From: Thalia democratica
Taxonomy: Eukaryota
Reading direction: 5' to 3'
DNA: 64,000 bases
Assembly (NCBI GenBank): GCA_965202585.1
Contig: OZ241829.1
Span: 25,172,001-25,236,000 of the forward strand
Of the stretch, positions 51,573 to 62,512 are shown one piece after another. Made by a program: the position numbers and the translations under genes. Below the pieces are notes generated by a model, which did not search any database, was not told the origin of the DNA, and saw only the letters and a program-made list of their open reading frames with translations. Positions within the stretch are counted from its first letter, which is position 1; the number at the start of each line of letters is the position of its first letter.

Positions 51573-52148
51573 TTATTCTTCACAACTTAAGTCAATGACT
51601 AGTGCATCAGTATCGTAGTCTAAATATTCCAAACCAGCGTAATATTTATGCTCCAAATGTGTTGGTTCGTTTGGTTTATCTTTTTCGTCGCTTGTCAGAA
51701 CACAACTTGTGCAGTTGTGCGTACCCTCTTTGCAAACACATTCTGAAAAAGAGCTTTGTCCTATACAAGATTTCTTGCGGTAACCATTCAGAGGTGAAAC
51801 ATAACTTTGATAAACGCTACCATAAGAATTGAAGTTTTTGTTTAGATTTGTACTGCTTAGCTTATCCATTTCCGGACAAGGTAAGTTTGTACTTTCGATA
51901 ATAGTTTTTGTAATAATTTTTTCGTCTTCAGCTACTGACTTCTTCTTTCCAGAGCTTTTTTTCGGCAACATATTGTTGACTTCCTCCTCCAAGAAGCTTG
52001 AGGTTGTGTCATGCTTCTTATACTGCTTGGCAGCTTTTTCCCCTTCTTCGAGATCATTTGATATTTTTCTTCTTTTTCGCTTCTTTGTCAGCTTAGACTC
52101 TTTCTTCATCAGTTCAGATAATTTTTCCTTAACACTTTGAGAGAACAT
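51573..52148 (-). CDS. Uncharacterised 191-aa protein with basic NLS (KKRKRRK), Cys cluster (CVC...C..C) and C-terminal SIM-like LVIDLS motif
   Basis: Open frame; polypyrimidine/AG acceptor immediately upstream of the ATG (tctctctcttaaAG|aATG); a degenerate paralogous tail at 47.6-47.7 kb. May be the last exon of a longer gene. Confidence 0.6.
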   Translation of the reverse strand: MFSQSVKEKLSELMKKESKLTKKRKRRKISNDLEEGEKAAKQYKKHDTTSSFLEEEVNNMLPKKSSGKKKSVAEDEKIITKTIIESTNLPCPEMDKLSSTNLNKNFNSYGSVYQSYVSPLNGYRKKSCIGQSSFSECVCKEGTHNCTSCVLTSDEKDKPNEPTHLEHKYYAGLEYLDYDTDALVIDLSCEE

Positions 52149-53393
52149 TCTTTAAGAGAGAGAAGTATGTATATATATTGTAAAAAGAAATAAGACACAA
52201 ATTCATTAAACTAGATATACTTTAGCAACTCTTATCAGTAGAATACAAATCTAACATGAGATAAGTTTTTTTTTATTTCTATAATAACAAAGTAATCATA
52301 AAGTAACCAAAAGAATAATATACAAAAATAGTAATTGGCAACAATTAAAAGTACTAATGTTAGTTCTTATAGTTTAATTATTTAAATTTAAATAAATTTG
52401 CTAAAACTGTAACATTACATTGAGTATAAATAATGCTTAGTTATAAGTTGTAATATATGTATGTTTTTTTTTCTGTTTGTAGTTTGTTAGTGCATTAGTA
52501 AACATTTCATAGTCTACATTTTATGTGTATAAATAAAATTATTAGTCTCTAAATATATTATTGCCAGGAAACAAAGAAAGTTAAATATTTAAATCATCAG
52601 CTGAAATCACTGATAAAATTTAAAACTAGTGTTAGGTTGACTTATTTTATGATTATTAGTGTTTTTTTTCTTATCTATTTTATTATTATTATAAATTTCA
52701 AAGAAAAAAATATTTACTATTTTAAGTCTTTTTTTTTGTGGTTGTTTACATTATAGTTTTGGTATAGTTAAACTTCTGTATTTAGACATTTATTCAAGAT
52801 TGTAAAAACTGATAGTTTTAATTAAAAGGGTATACTTATTTTAAACTTTTTATCTAGTTTAAGCAAAAATTTTTTTTTTATGGATACAGCTTTATTTACT
52901 ATTTCTTTTGAATATTGCAGCTTTATTATAAATATTTATTTTTTATTTTCAATGTTATAGCTTTAATTTACTTTTGCTTATTTTTTAATAAGTTGATATT
53001 AGAGTACAATTTCTTAAACATACTTTTAAAGAAAAACTTCAATTTTTTTTCTAATCATGTAACAGGTTAAATTATTTGCTAAAATTATTGGTAATTTTTA
53101 AAGTTACTTTTTGACGTAGAGATTAATATATATTTTATGTGTATATAATGTTAGATATATGTGTGTATAATTTGTTTTTTGATTTGTTTTTTTAGAAAAA
53201 TGTTTAATGTTGTAAAGTTTAATAGTCTCATTTTTTATAGAGTGTTTTGTTTTAGAATTTAAATTTTGACTATAAAGTTAATTTTTTCATTTGTTGCTCA
53301 TTATAATTTTGATTAAGTTAGGTAATTTTGAGCAATTTTTCGTTTTTGTGCAATAAACCACACTATAAAGTTAAAAATGGATAGCATACTTAA

Positions 53394-53592
53394 AGGTCAG
53401 TCTGATTTGCATGTTTGGTGAATCAGCAAAAAAACTAGATTTTTTTAATGTTATTTACAATTTCAATTGTAGAAACTTTGTTTTTAAATTAATTTTTGAT
53501 ATTTTGGGTAAAGTTGACTGAGGATGTAAATAAAAAAAAATCAATTTTTTTTTAATTTACTGGTTCAGCAAATATGCAATCCAAACTGACCT
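53394..53592. mobile_element. Kolobok-type MITE (199 bp) with TTAA TSD
   Basis: Termini AGG...CCT flanked by TTAA (53390-53393, 53593-53596); ~37-bp imperfect TIR aggtcagtctgatttgcatgtttggtgaatcagcaaa / tttactggttcagcaaatatgcaatccaaactgacct. Confidence 0.85.
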
Positions 53593-54060
53593 TTAAGTAT
53601 ACTTTCCGTAAAAAATACAAAATTTTTCTATTAAATAAATATAACAAACTATTATTTACTCCAACTATCATCTAAATTTTGTTTTAATCTTTTTATCTTA
53701 ACAACGTTAAAGAAAACCTTTTTCGTTGTTATATATATCCAAATTTTGAAACACTAAACACAACTTTGAATAACTACTAAAAGTATTTTATTTACAGGAT
53801 ATCAGTCTAAATCACCAAACAGAATTAGAATATATGCTTGTAAAAAGTTGTGTTAACTTGTAAAACATAATAGTTTTAATAACATTTAATTATTAACTGA
53901 ACCTTAAACATTTTTTGTTTTATAGATTAAATGTAATTAAACCTTTTCACGTTACTGTTTCGCAAGAAATTTAAATATCAAAACAATGATAGAATTAATT
54001 TTTCTATATATTATTGATTTTTCAACATTTAAATTTCAACACTTTTATTTAATATATCTC

Positions 54061-54180
54061 GTCCTGGACAAGACCTTAAAAGGTATCCTTTGTGTGCGAC
54101 TCGATAACTGACAGTTTTTTCGTGCACCAGGTCCTAGGATAAAACATTTTGAGTGTCATTTGTTTGTCATTCTAAAAATT
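54061..54180 (+). repeat. Dispersed ~115-bp structured repeat, copy 3
   Basis: gtcctggacaagaccttaaaagg...gtgtgcgactcgataactgacagtttttcgtgcaccaggtcctaggat...ttgtcattc. Confidence 0.8.
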
Positions 54181-55507
54181 ATAAAAGTTGTATATTAGTT
54201 TGAAAAGAATAATGTAACTTAAACAGTAGTTGTTTAAAGATAATACATATATATATAAACTAAGAACAAAACTTTTTAGAAATAAAAATCTTTCTCTTAT
54301 CTTTTACTAAAATAATTTTAATGCGTTTAAAAGCCTTTTACATTTAATTAGTTGTCAGATTGGCTAACAGCAAGACACAAAATATTATTCGAGCTTGACA
54401 CTTAAAATTAAAACAATCAGACGTTTATTCAGCATTCAGCATTTTTATTCTACTTGATTTCCGGTAAACCAGCCACAGTGAGATTGTATTTTGTTTAAAA
54501 AAATATTTACTTTAACTACTGTCGTTGTGCACGAAACTCATTATGTGTTGGTTTCATCTCAGATTTCAGATATTTCATGTAGGTTTTTTAGGTTATCTTA
54601 ATATTTATTTTAGTTTAAAGGAAAAGTAGTTTTTTCACTTAACTTACCCTTATTTGTATTTTGTTAGCAGTATTGTTTGCAATAGTTACTAAGAGGTATA
54701 TAGGTTAAGCTGCTATAGTTTAAAAACTTATCCACTAGTTATAAGTACATTATTCAAGTATATAATTACATACTATTCTAAGCTCTAGTCTAGTAGATTA
54801 ACAACATATGATAAGTTGCAAGGTTAAAAATCAACTACTGTTACAGTAGTACTGTACTATATTTGTTCTTATAATTTTATATTCACTATTTTAATCTTTA
54901 GCAGATAAAGTTTGTAATGTTTTAAAAACTTGAACTTTATGTTTTTTTATCAAAATAACATCTTTAACAAAGTTATAAAAAATAAATAATTAATAAACTG
55001 AATAAAAAACTTAAATTGTAATTGACATAAAAAAAATATTCACGAAATATGCTAGTTATTTTGTACATATTTTTTTTATGTCAATTGACTTAGATTAATT
55101 AATCTAAATCTAAATGTTAAGTTATAAATCTTAACAAAAGCGTTTTTATGAACTCGACATGTTTTTATTTGTTGTTGTGTATAAAAGTTTCTTTTTTTGC
55201 TTACTGTTCTTAGTAAGTTTAAGCTTATAAAGTTGTTGCCACAAAATATTCTTTAATACATAAAAACAAATGCTTTAATGCTTTCTTGTAAAACCCTATG
55301 TTAGAAAAGTCAAGATAATATTTTAACTTAAGTTATTACAAAAACTGTGCGTGCGTAAATAAGTTTTATTAAAAAACTGCTGTGTTTATATTAATCAAGT
55401 TCAAACGTTTAATAAATTAATCTCGTCATAATATACAACCACTAGTAGTTTTAATTATTTAAAATTTTAAGGTACACGTAATTTAAAAATATTTTTTTGG
55501 TCTAAGA

Positions 55508-55719
55508 CAGGGGTCGGCAAACTGCGGCCCGCGGGTCACATTAAAATTTTTATTCAACTAGTTTAATATACTAATACTCTCGAAAACATTATTATAAAAA
55601 TTTAATGTTTTATTTAAAGGATAATTTATCGCCTAAATTTTATTTGTTCAAAAAAATTGTCTTTAAATATGTTTTTTAAGCAGATAAAAAAATGTTCCTT
55701 TTTGACCTGCCGACCCCTG
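55508..55719. mobile_element. Intact hAT/Charlie-type MITE (212 bp)
   Basis: Perfect 12-bp TIRs caggggtcggca / tgccgacccctg; perfect 8-bp TSD gtctaaga (55500-55507, 55720-55727). Confidence 0.95.
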
Positions 55720-57493
55720 GTCTAAGACATATGTTAAGCTAATAAAACATAATACCTCTTTAAATCAGTTTATTAGAAAAATATAAAATAAGTTAGAATC
55801 TCTTAATTTGTTAATATCTTTAATTACTTTTAAAGCTATTTATAAAAATTATTTTTTGAATAAACGGTTTTTTAATAAAATATAAATAAATGTATGTAAT
55901 AAATTTTGATAATACAATAATTACATGTAGTACGCAAAACATTACACTGATAGACGAATGTGCTGTTTTTTTTATAATTAAAATTTTAATGCACAATGTG
56001 CACAGTTAGTTAATTGTCTTATAACTGTACATTAACTGTTAGAGCACAGTAAACTTTTTAATTTTTTTTTAATTTTTAGACTGCGCATCTAAAGCATAAG
56101 TCGTACGTTAGAATTAAGGACTAGACCTTTGATAACCAATAACTATAAATGGTTTACCTTTTAAAAAGATGTTAAGCTAAAATGGCCATGACTTTGGAAT
56201 CTCAAAACAAAATTACATTTTCTTCTCAAAAATAAAAGCATAACTAATTAAATTGAGCTTAAGAAGCTTTGTATAACTAATACTTATTGTTTTAGTTTAA
56301 ATAAAAATTATAAATTTTTGTTTTATATAAAGAAAACCTATATTTTGTTTGAAGAGAGTATCCAATTCAGATGAAATTTTAAAGAATCATATTTAAATAG
56401 TTAAAAATGCTTATAAAAATTAAAATGCGTAGTAAAATACTAATAAGGTTTGCAAGAAGCTATTCCTTTGTATAACAAAGTTTTTTTAAGTTGTATATTT
56501 TATAAATTCAACTCTTTATAACCAGTAAAAAATTAATGTTGAAAAAGTTATTTTAAATCATAACTACGATTTATTTTTGTACAACTTAATAGAATTAATT
56601 CTAATCCTGTTTCGCAAAACTAAATTTCTTATACAAAATATTTTTAAAATAAATTAAAAAGTTTAAACTAAAACAAAAGTTCATATACGTTAACAATACA
56701 TCAAAACTAAATCTAGTCATCATCACAAGAAAATTAAATTTTTAAAATCAGTTGTATTTTTTAAAAGCTTTAAAAACTATTTTTTTTAAGGTAAAGCTTT
56801 TAGCTTTTATAAACGTTACGTTTAGAGCTAAAACAAAAAGTTTAAGTAGTAAAATCTTAATTAAATCTTATTTAATAACAACTTTTTCTAAATAATATAA
56901 GACTTCGAATGTTTTGATTAAAGATAAATATAAATTCTGCGATACAGTGCAAAAAAAATGTTAACTGTATTTAAACCAACTGTCAAAAACAACTTTACAT
57001 CTTTACAAACTTTTGTAGTTTTTGAATACTTTCATACGCTCATCAATATCTGTAAAACAACTACAGTTTCTAAAATGTTTGTTTTAAATTAAGCTCTAAT
57101 TTTTTTTTAATGTCTTTAAAGTTTTTAAACAAGTAACTTTTTTAATAAAATTTAGTTAAAATCTTTAATTTTTTTATAACTTAAAAAATGCCTAATTTTA
57201 TAAAAGAAATTAACAAATGTCATTTTTGACATGATTAATTTTTTTAATTTAAAGTAATACCGTTTTAGTACTGTTTTGTTTATGTTTATTAAACCTACCT
57301 TTAGCTACCAAAAAACCAGATGAGCTTGCCAAAACAGCTGAAAATTACTGATTTATTTTAAAAAACATTACGTTATATTTTATTCCAGGTTTAAGAATGA
57401 AGTTCCTTTTAGTTTCTATAGGAATTTTCTTCCTTTTTAAATCCGCTTTGAGTTTTTATTAATTATAAGTACTTTCAAATAGAGTGCTATAGT

Positions 57494-57560
57494 TTATTTT
57501 GTTTAACAACAGCTGTTTCGAAAGACAGATAGTCAATCTCTTCAGGCTTCAACAAAATAA
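57494..57560 (-). ncRNA. Type I hammerhead ribozyme in the Penelope 3' pLTR
   Basis: Minus strand: ttattttgttgaagc-CUGAAGA-gauugac(uaucu)gucuuuc-GAAA-CAGCUG-UU/guuaaacaaaauaa. Palindromic stem III ACAGCUGU; stem I has 3 bp, an internal loop and 10 bp; predicted cleavage after GUU, between 57508 and 57507. Confidence 0.8.
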
Positions 57561-57984
57561 GAATAAGCACGTTTTAGGCAACTAATAATAAATACAAAAT
57601 AACTATTCATGCGTAAAAAGAAAGTAAATGACAGTAAAAAGAGAGAGAAAAAAGAGAGAGAGAAAGTAGAAATACTTTTTGTAAATTATTTTGATTAGAT
57701 TAAGTTAGCAATTAGAAAAATGTATTGTATTGTAATTATAATAATAATATCAAAATGTTTGATTATAGTTAAAGGTTTTGGCAAGAGGATTGGCTTTAAT
57801 TCTTAATATACTTCGAAATAACACAAAACATTAAAAAGCAACATATTAACTAGTAATGGTTAAACACAATGCATGAATTTAATTTAATTTAAGTTGAAAC
57901 GGAATATTTAACATTTAACAAAACAAAATAATAAAAAACAAATAAAACTCAAAATTCAAAACCCTAATTTGAACATTTGTTATG

Positions 57985-58986
57985 CTAGCTAATAGCTTGC
58001 TTCCAATTCATCAACAGAAATTTGTTCCTATGTCTGCAACTGCCCATGAGTTCGGATTTTTTGTTGATACAGTTGTTACTTGCTTGTAATATCTTGAGGG
58101 CTTCTTTCAAGCAAAGCTTGCATGTTGTTTTTCCTGGTTGGTGTTTGTTTACTTTTTCTAGGATCTTCCAATTCAATTTGTAATCCTCTCCTTCGTTTTT
58201 CAATTTGTGAATTAATTTTGATAGTTCTGTTGAATTAACGTATTTATTGTAGTTTCTGTTATCAGGTTTGCAATTGATTGTTGTATTGTGCGTTGAAATT
58301 CTTTTCTTTAATTGGTTTGCAGTTATTCCAATATATGTTTTGGTTTCGTTTTTTGCGCTTACTGAAGCTTCATATATGACGTTTTCAGTTCTACAATTGC
58401 CACCTTTCAGGGGGCATTTATTTTTGTCCCTGCAATTGCACGTCTCATCTGTGGTTTTTTCTTTATTCAACAGTTTTTTGTTGTGGCTTTTGATTGTCAT
58501 TTCGATATTTGGCATACAGCTGTAACTTAGCTTTATGCAGTTGCTGTTGACATACTTATTTAGTTTGCTTTCTTTGCTAAAATGCTTCTTTATTATTTTT
58601 AAGAATTTGTTTCCCACATTTGTTTTCACTGAACAGCAAAACGGTGGGTTGAACCATATACATTTTCTTTTTCTTTTTCTCTTTTTCACAGTTGTTTCAT
58701 TGGTTATTTTTGTATAATTTATGTCATGACTGTATCCATTTAGTTTTAACGCTTCATTATATTCTTTTTTTATACTGTCAAATAGTTTTTTACTGCTTGA
58801 ATTTTTGGCTAATCTATTTTCTATCATCTTTGGGATTTGTTTGATAATTGCTGGTGGATGGTTAGAATTTGCATTTACATAATTGATTCTGTTGTTTGGT
58901 TTTCTGTATGGGAAGAAGCTGTGTTTTTTTAGATTTAAGTTTAGGTCCAGGAAGTTTATTTGAAACGCTGGGTTTTCGATGATTAT
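57985..58986 (-). CDS. Penelope-like RT C-terminus/thumb + GIY-YIG endonuclease (fragment)
   Basis: The frame stays open 53 codons upstream of the ORF-track ATG: INFLDLNL...FPYRKPNN..YVNANSNHPPAIIKQIP. Then WFNPPF, KLSYSCMPN, CNCR..CPL.G.C, VIYEA...YIG...KKRISTH, and CKLCLKE: a Naiad/Neptune-type PLE layout. Confidence 0.92.
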   Translation of the reverse strand: MIIENPAFQINFLDLNLNLKKHSFFPYRKPNNRINYVNANSNHPPAIIKQIPKMIENRLAKNSSSKKLFDSIKKEYNEALKLNGYSHDINYTKITNETTVKKRKRKRKCIWFNPPFCCSVKTNVGNKFLKIIKKHFSKESKLNKYVNSNCIKLSYSCMPNIEMTIKSHNKKLLNKEKTTDETCNCRDKNKCPLKGGNCRTENVIYEASVSAKNETKTYIGITANQLKKRISTHNTTINCKPDNRNYNKYVNSTELSKLIHKLKNEGEDYKLNWKILEKVNKHQPGKTTCKLCLKEALKILQASNNCINKKSELMGSCRHRNKFLLMNWKQAIS

Positions 58987-61900
58987 TTATAACTTGCTTC
59001 TTTGCTTTTTCATGTTTGTTAGGTTAATAAACCGTATTCAGCACAAATGAAAACATAAGTACAGACTATTTACATCTATAAAGATGTTTACTACTTATAA
59101 TATGTTAGAGGCTTATGTATTTAATAACGTTGTTTAAAATTATAAAAGGTAACTTTTGGTTATTAAAATAGTAATAAAACAAAAATTCATGGCATTATTT
59201 TTGCACAGGTGACACTCCATAAAAACTGACAAAGAATCTAAACAGAATTCTATGTGATTTTTTTAAGTAAAATGAAAAATTGACTTAAAATCTACAAGTT
59301 ATTAAATCATACTAAAACTTTTAAATGCATCGAGTACTACATTTATCTTTAGAGAAATAATATTTTAATTTACTGAAGATTACAGTAGTTATTGAAAGAA
59401 CTTTAAAAACCAGAAATTATTATCATTCTATGTTTATAGAATGACAAAAAGAGAAACGCTCAAAAAGTTTGGTTTAAGGACATAGTGTACGAAAAAGTCT
59501 TTCGTTTGTCCATTTATACAACACGGATACAGTTTACTGTCCTGTTTAGGACTTTAAACAACTTGTATACTTTTAAAACTTTTAACCATTTTAACTTTCC
59601 ACTAAAATTGTTACACTAAAAATAAATATTTTTTTTTTTCAGCTAAAGAATTTAAGTTAATTGGAAGATTTTCTTGCAAAAAAATTTTTACAGTTTTTTA
59701 AAAAAATCTATAAAATCACTGCATTTTTGTTTATAAAAAAAAATTAATCAAAACTTTATAAGTTCAACAATTTTTTTAAACTTTTTGAACATTAGATTAA
59801 GAAAGTTTAAAAAAGAGTGATCAAAATAATTTTAATTGATGTATATTTTTATTGAAACAGTCTTTTTTGTCTTTAAAGTTTGCACCTTCTTTAAAAAACG
59901 TACACACTTTTATGACATATATCTCTAAAGTTACGATAATAAGTAACTGGTAGCTTAGCTATTAATAAAAAAATAAAACTTAAACGAAAAGTTGATTTAC
60001 TTCCAGTAGTTTATGATAACTTTAAAAGTTGATTACTTTTAAAATATTATGGACAGGTTAGTTTATATTGTGTTGGCTAGATGGCTTAATGACGTTTTTT
60101 CTTATAGCATTTAAAAAAAAATCTAACTTTTGAGATAATTGTGTAATTGTAAAAAGTGTAACTTTTTAAGAAAAGTTTAGACTTAGTTAGTTTAGTTATA
60201 AACTAAAAAAAAGTTTATTTACACAGTGAGTAATTAACTTTTTCTAGTTCATCAATTAATATAAAATATATTTTTTAACTGTGGAGGAGATATTTTAATT
60301 CTTAGTACTAATAAATACACAAACACAAGAAAAATGAGTTTACTAAATAAAAGTATATCGACTTTTCATCAGAAACTTTCACAGACTTTGGAAAACACAG
60401 TTTATAGTACATTAGTATAAAAAATTGACCTTGTGTTTGTACTTGTCTTATTTTATGATACTTGTTAAAAACAGATTTTTGTTAGTTGTTAATTTTTCTT
60501 AGTTATAACGTAACTTTTAAGCTTAGTGTTTTGTACTGGTGTATTATTTATTAAAGTTTGTTTTATAAATACTTGACAATAAATAATTAAAAACCTTAAA
60601 ATCTTTATGTCATAAATTTATATTTTTTACTTGTGTATAAGTTTACATAAAAAATTATTGAACATTAAAAAATAAGAAAAAAATTAATTTCATCATGACA
60701 AACTTCGGGAATAAGCATTGAAATGTTACTATGAGAAGTAACCAGCATATTTATAAAGTTACTATATGTCATTATACCTTATTGATAAAACGTAATAATT
60801 TGACTTTTTATTAGTTAAATAAACTTTAAACTAATTTAAATTGGAAAATAGAAAAGTCAAGATAGCACTATATTTTACTAGTAAAAGTTCTGTTGACTAA
60901 AACTGCTTAAACTAAAGTCATTAAAATGTAATTTTTGTTTTGTTTGATCATAAGATATTTACTGTCACAAAGTTAAATTTGATAATGTTACTTAAATAAA
61001 TGACACCGATAAAAATAAAAATTAATAATAATATCTTAAAGTTGTCTAACCGGTCGTAATGTAAATATAGTTATGATAAATTTGAACCTAAATAAAATCA
61101 TCGAAGTTTCAGAATTTAAATCAGTGAAGTCTGAAATATTTATAGAGTGTAAATGCTTCTAAGCTGAGAACGTAGAATTTTTAACCAAATGTTTTTTTAA
61201 ACTAAGTAGAAAACTGTTCGTTATCTAAATTTTAAACGATGGAACTGTACATAAAACTAAAATTTTAATAAATTAAAGCTACAAAATTACTTAAGATGTC
61301 ATAATGAGTTTTCTCCACTAGTAGTTGAGATCTCTTTATTTATTTTCTTAGAACCAAAATATATAATAATTGAGTTTAATTAAGTTCAAAAAAAAACTTT
61401 AAATAATATATTTGACTCATTAAACAAAAAAGAAGAAATGTCATTAAAAAATAGAAAAGTTTCACTGATCGCAGTATTAATTAAGTACTACAATTATTTT
61501 GTAAACATTACAACTAAAAAACGTTTAAGTTCCGATAAAAATTGTTATAAAATGAAAACTATCCTAGCTTCTCGCAACTTATTATTTCATAACCGTTGTG
61601 AAAATTATAATTGCAACTGTCAAAAATACTTTAGATTAAAATTAAAATTTTAAAGTTTAAAACCTCAATAATTGAAGAGACATAGCTTTTTGATATTGAA
61701 ATAACTTTATTGAGTTTTCAAACTTTGGATTAAGGAAGTTTAATAGTCGATAATGAAATTTGTAAGTCAAAACTTTCAAGTAATTTAGTTTGACTTTTTA
61801 AATTTTGTATGTATAAGTTTAACTAGTCGAAAGTTTAGTTGTCATAGTTTAGATTATAAGAATTTGAACTACTGCGGTTTTAATTATCAGAATTTTAATT

Positions 61901-62392
61901 TTACAATAACCAGTTTAAAGCTGCTATTTGTATTCACAAAGTTAGTTTTATTTTTCAGCTTGTTTTTAATCAAGTTAAATACAAAACAAGAAAGATAGTT
62001 TTATTTTTGAACAAAGCAAAATTAATTAACCACAAAAAAAGATGTCGATATGTTTATAAAAATAATACTTAATAAACAACTTTACGAAAAGTATATAAAA
62101 AAGATAATAAAAATTTACAATTTGTTGCATAGTTGAAAATTAATTAAACTTTATCTATAGAATTTTGGTATGTAGTTTTAACATACCATTGAACATATCT
62201 TACAGATAACAAGTATAATATTATTAAACTTTCAGTTTTTACGGAAGAAAGGTTGTTATTAAAATAACTTAATCAACAAAATCGGCGAAAGTCTGCAGAA
62301 CAAGTCCGGACTTTCGTTTGCCGTGAGACAAGCTCAAATTTAACAAAAGGGTTGATCATGCCAATTCGATCATCAGACCACAAGTTTCGGTA

Positions 62393-62435
62393 GACTGAGA
62401 CCGGTTTCGTCCTTATTAGGACTCATCAGTCAGTC
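62393..62435 (-). ncRNA. Type I hammerhead ribozyme (minus-strand arm of the palindrome)
   Basis: Exact reverse complement of 62470-62512. Confidence 0.92.
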
Positions 62436-62469
62436 ACAACCGAAAAACGACTACAAGTTTTTCGGTTGT

Positions 62470-62512
62470 GACTGACTGATGAGTCCTAATAAGGACGAAA
62501 CCGGTCTCAGTC
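62470..62512 (+). ncRNA. Type I hammerhead ribozyme (plus-strand arm of the palindrome)
   Basis: gactga-CTGATGA-gtcc(taataa)ggac-GAAA-CCGG-TC/tcagtc: perfect core, 4-bp stem II, minimal palindromic stem III ACCGGT, GUC cleavage triplet (cut after 62506), 6-bp stem I extendable by tttcggt/accgaaa (62460-62466 / 62514-62520). Confidence 0.93.

Larger units (their letters stand above)
57494..59000 (-). mobile_element. 5'-truncated Penelope-like retroelement (RT C-terminus + GIY-YIG endonuclease + 3' pLTR with hammerhead)
   Basis: See the CDS at 57985-58986 and the ribozyme at 57494-57560; outer boundaries approximate. Confidence 0.9.

Noticed and set aside
2700-52160. AG acceptors 2-35 nt upstream of most start codons, suggesting SL trans-splicing
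   Set aside because: Equally explained by 5'UTR cis-introns; the Ly6 locus shows a matching GTAAGT donor 98 nt upstream. Cannot be decided without 5' cDNA ends.
57985-58827. Selenoprotein-type (in-frame UGA) Naiad element
   Set aside because: The frame is open with ordinary Cys codons and no in-frame TGA; no SECIS could be identified by eye.
59000-62250. Short AT-rich ORFs here and across other intergenic regions (e.g. 13655, 14430, 26531, 34565, 45221, 51155, 61438, 63638)
   Set aside because: Composition mirrors AT-rich noncoding DNA (K/L/F/I/N-rich), with no codon bias, domains or splice support.
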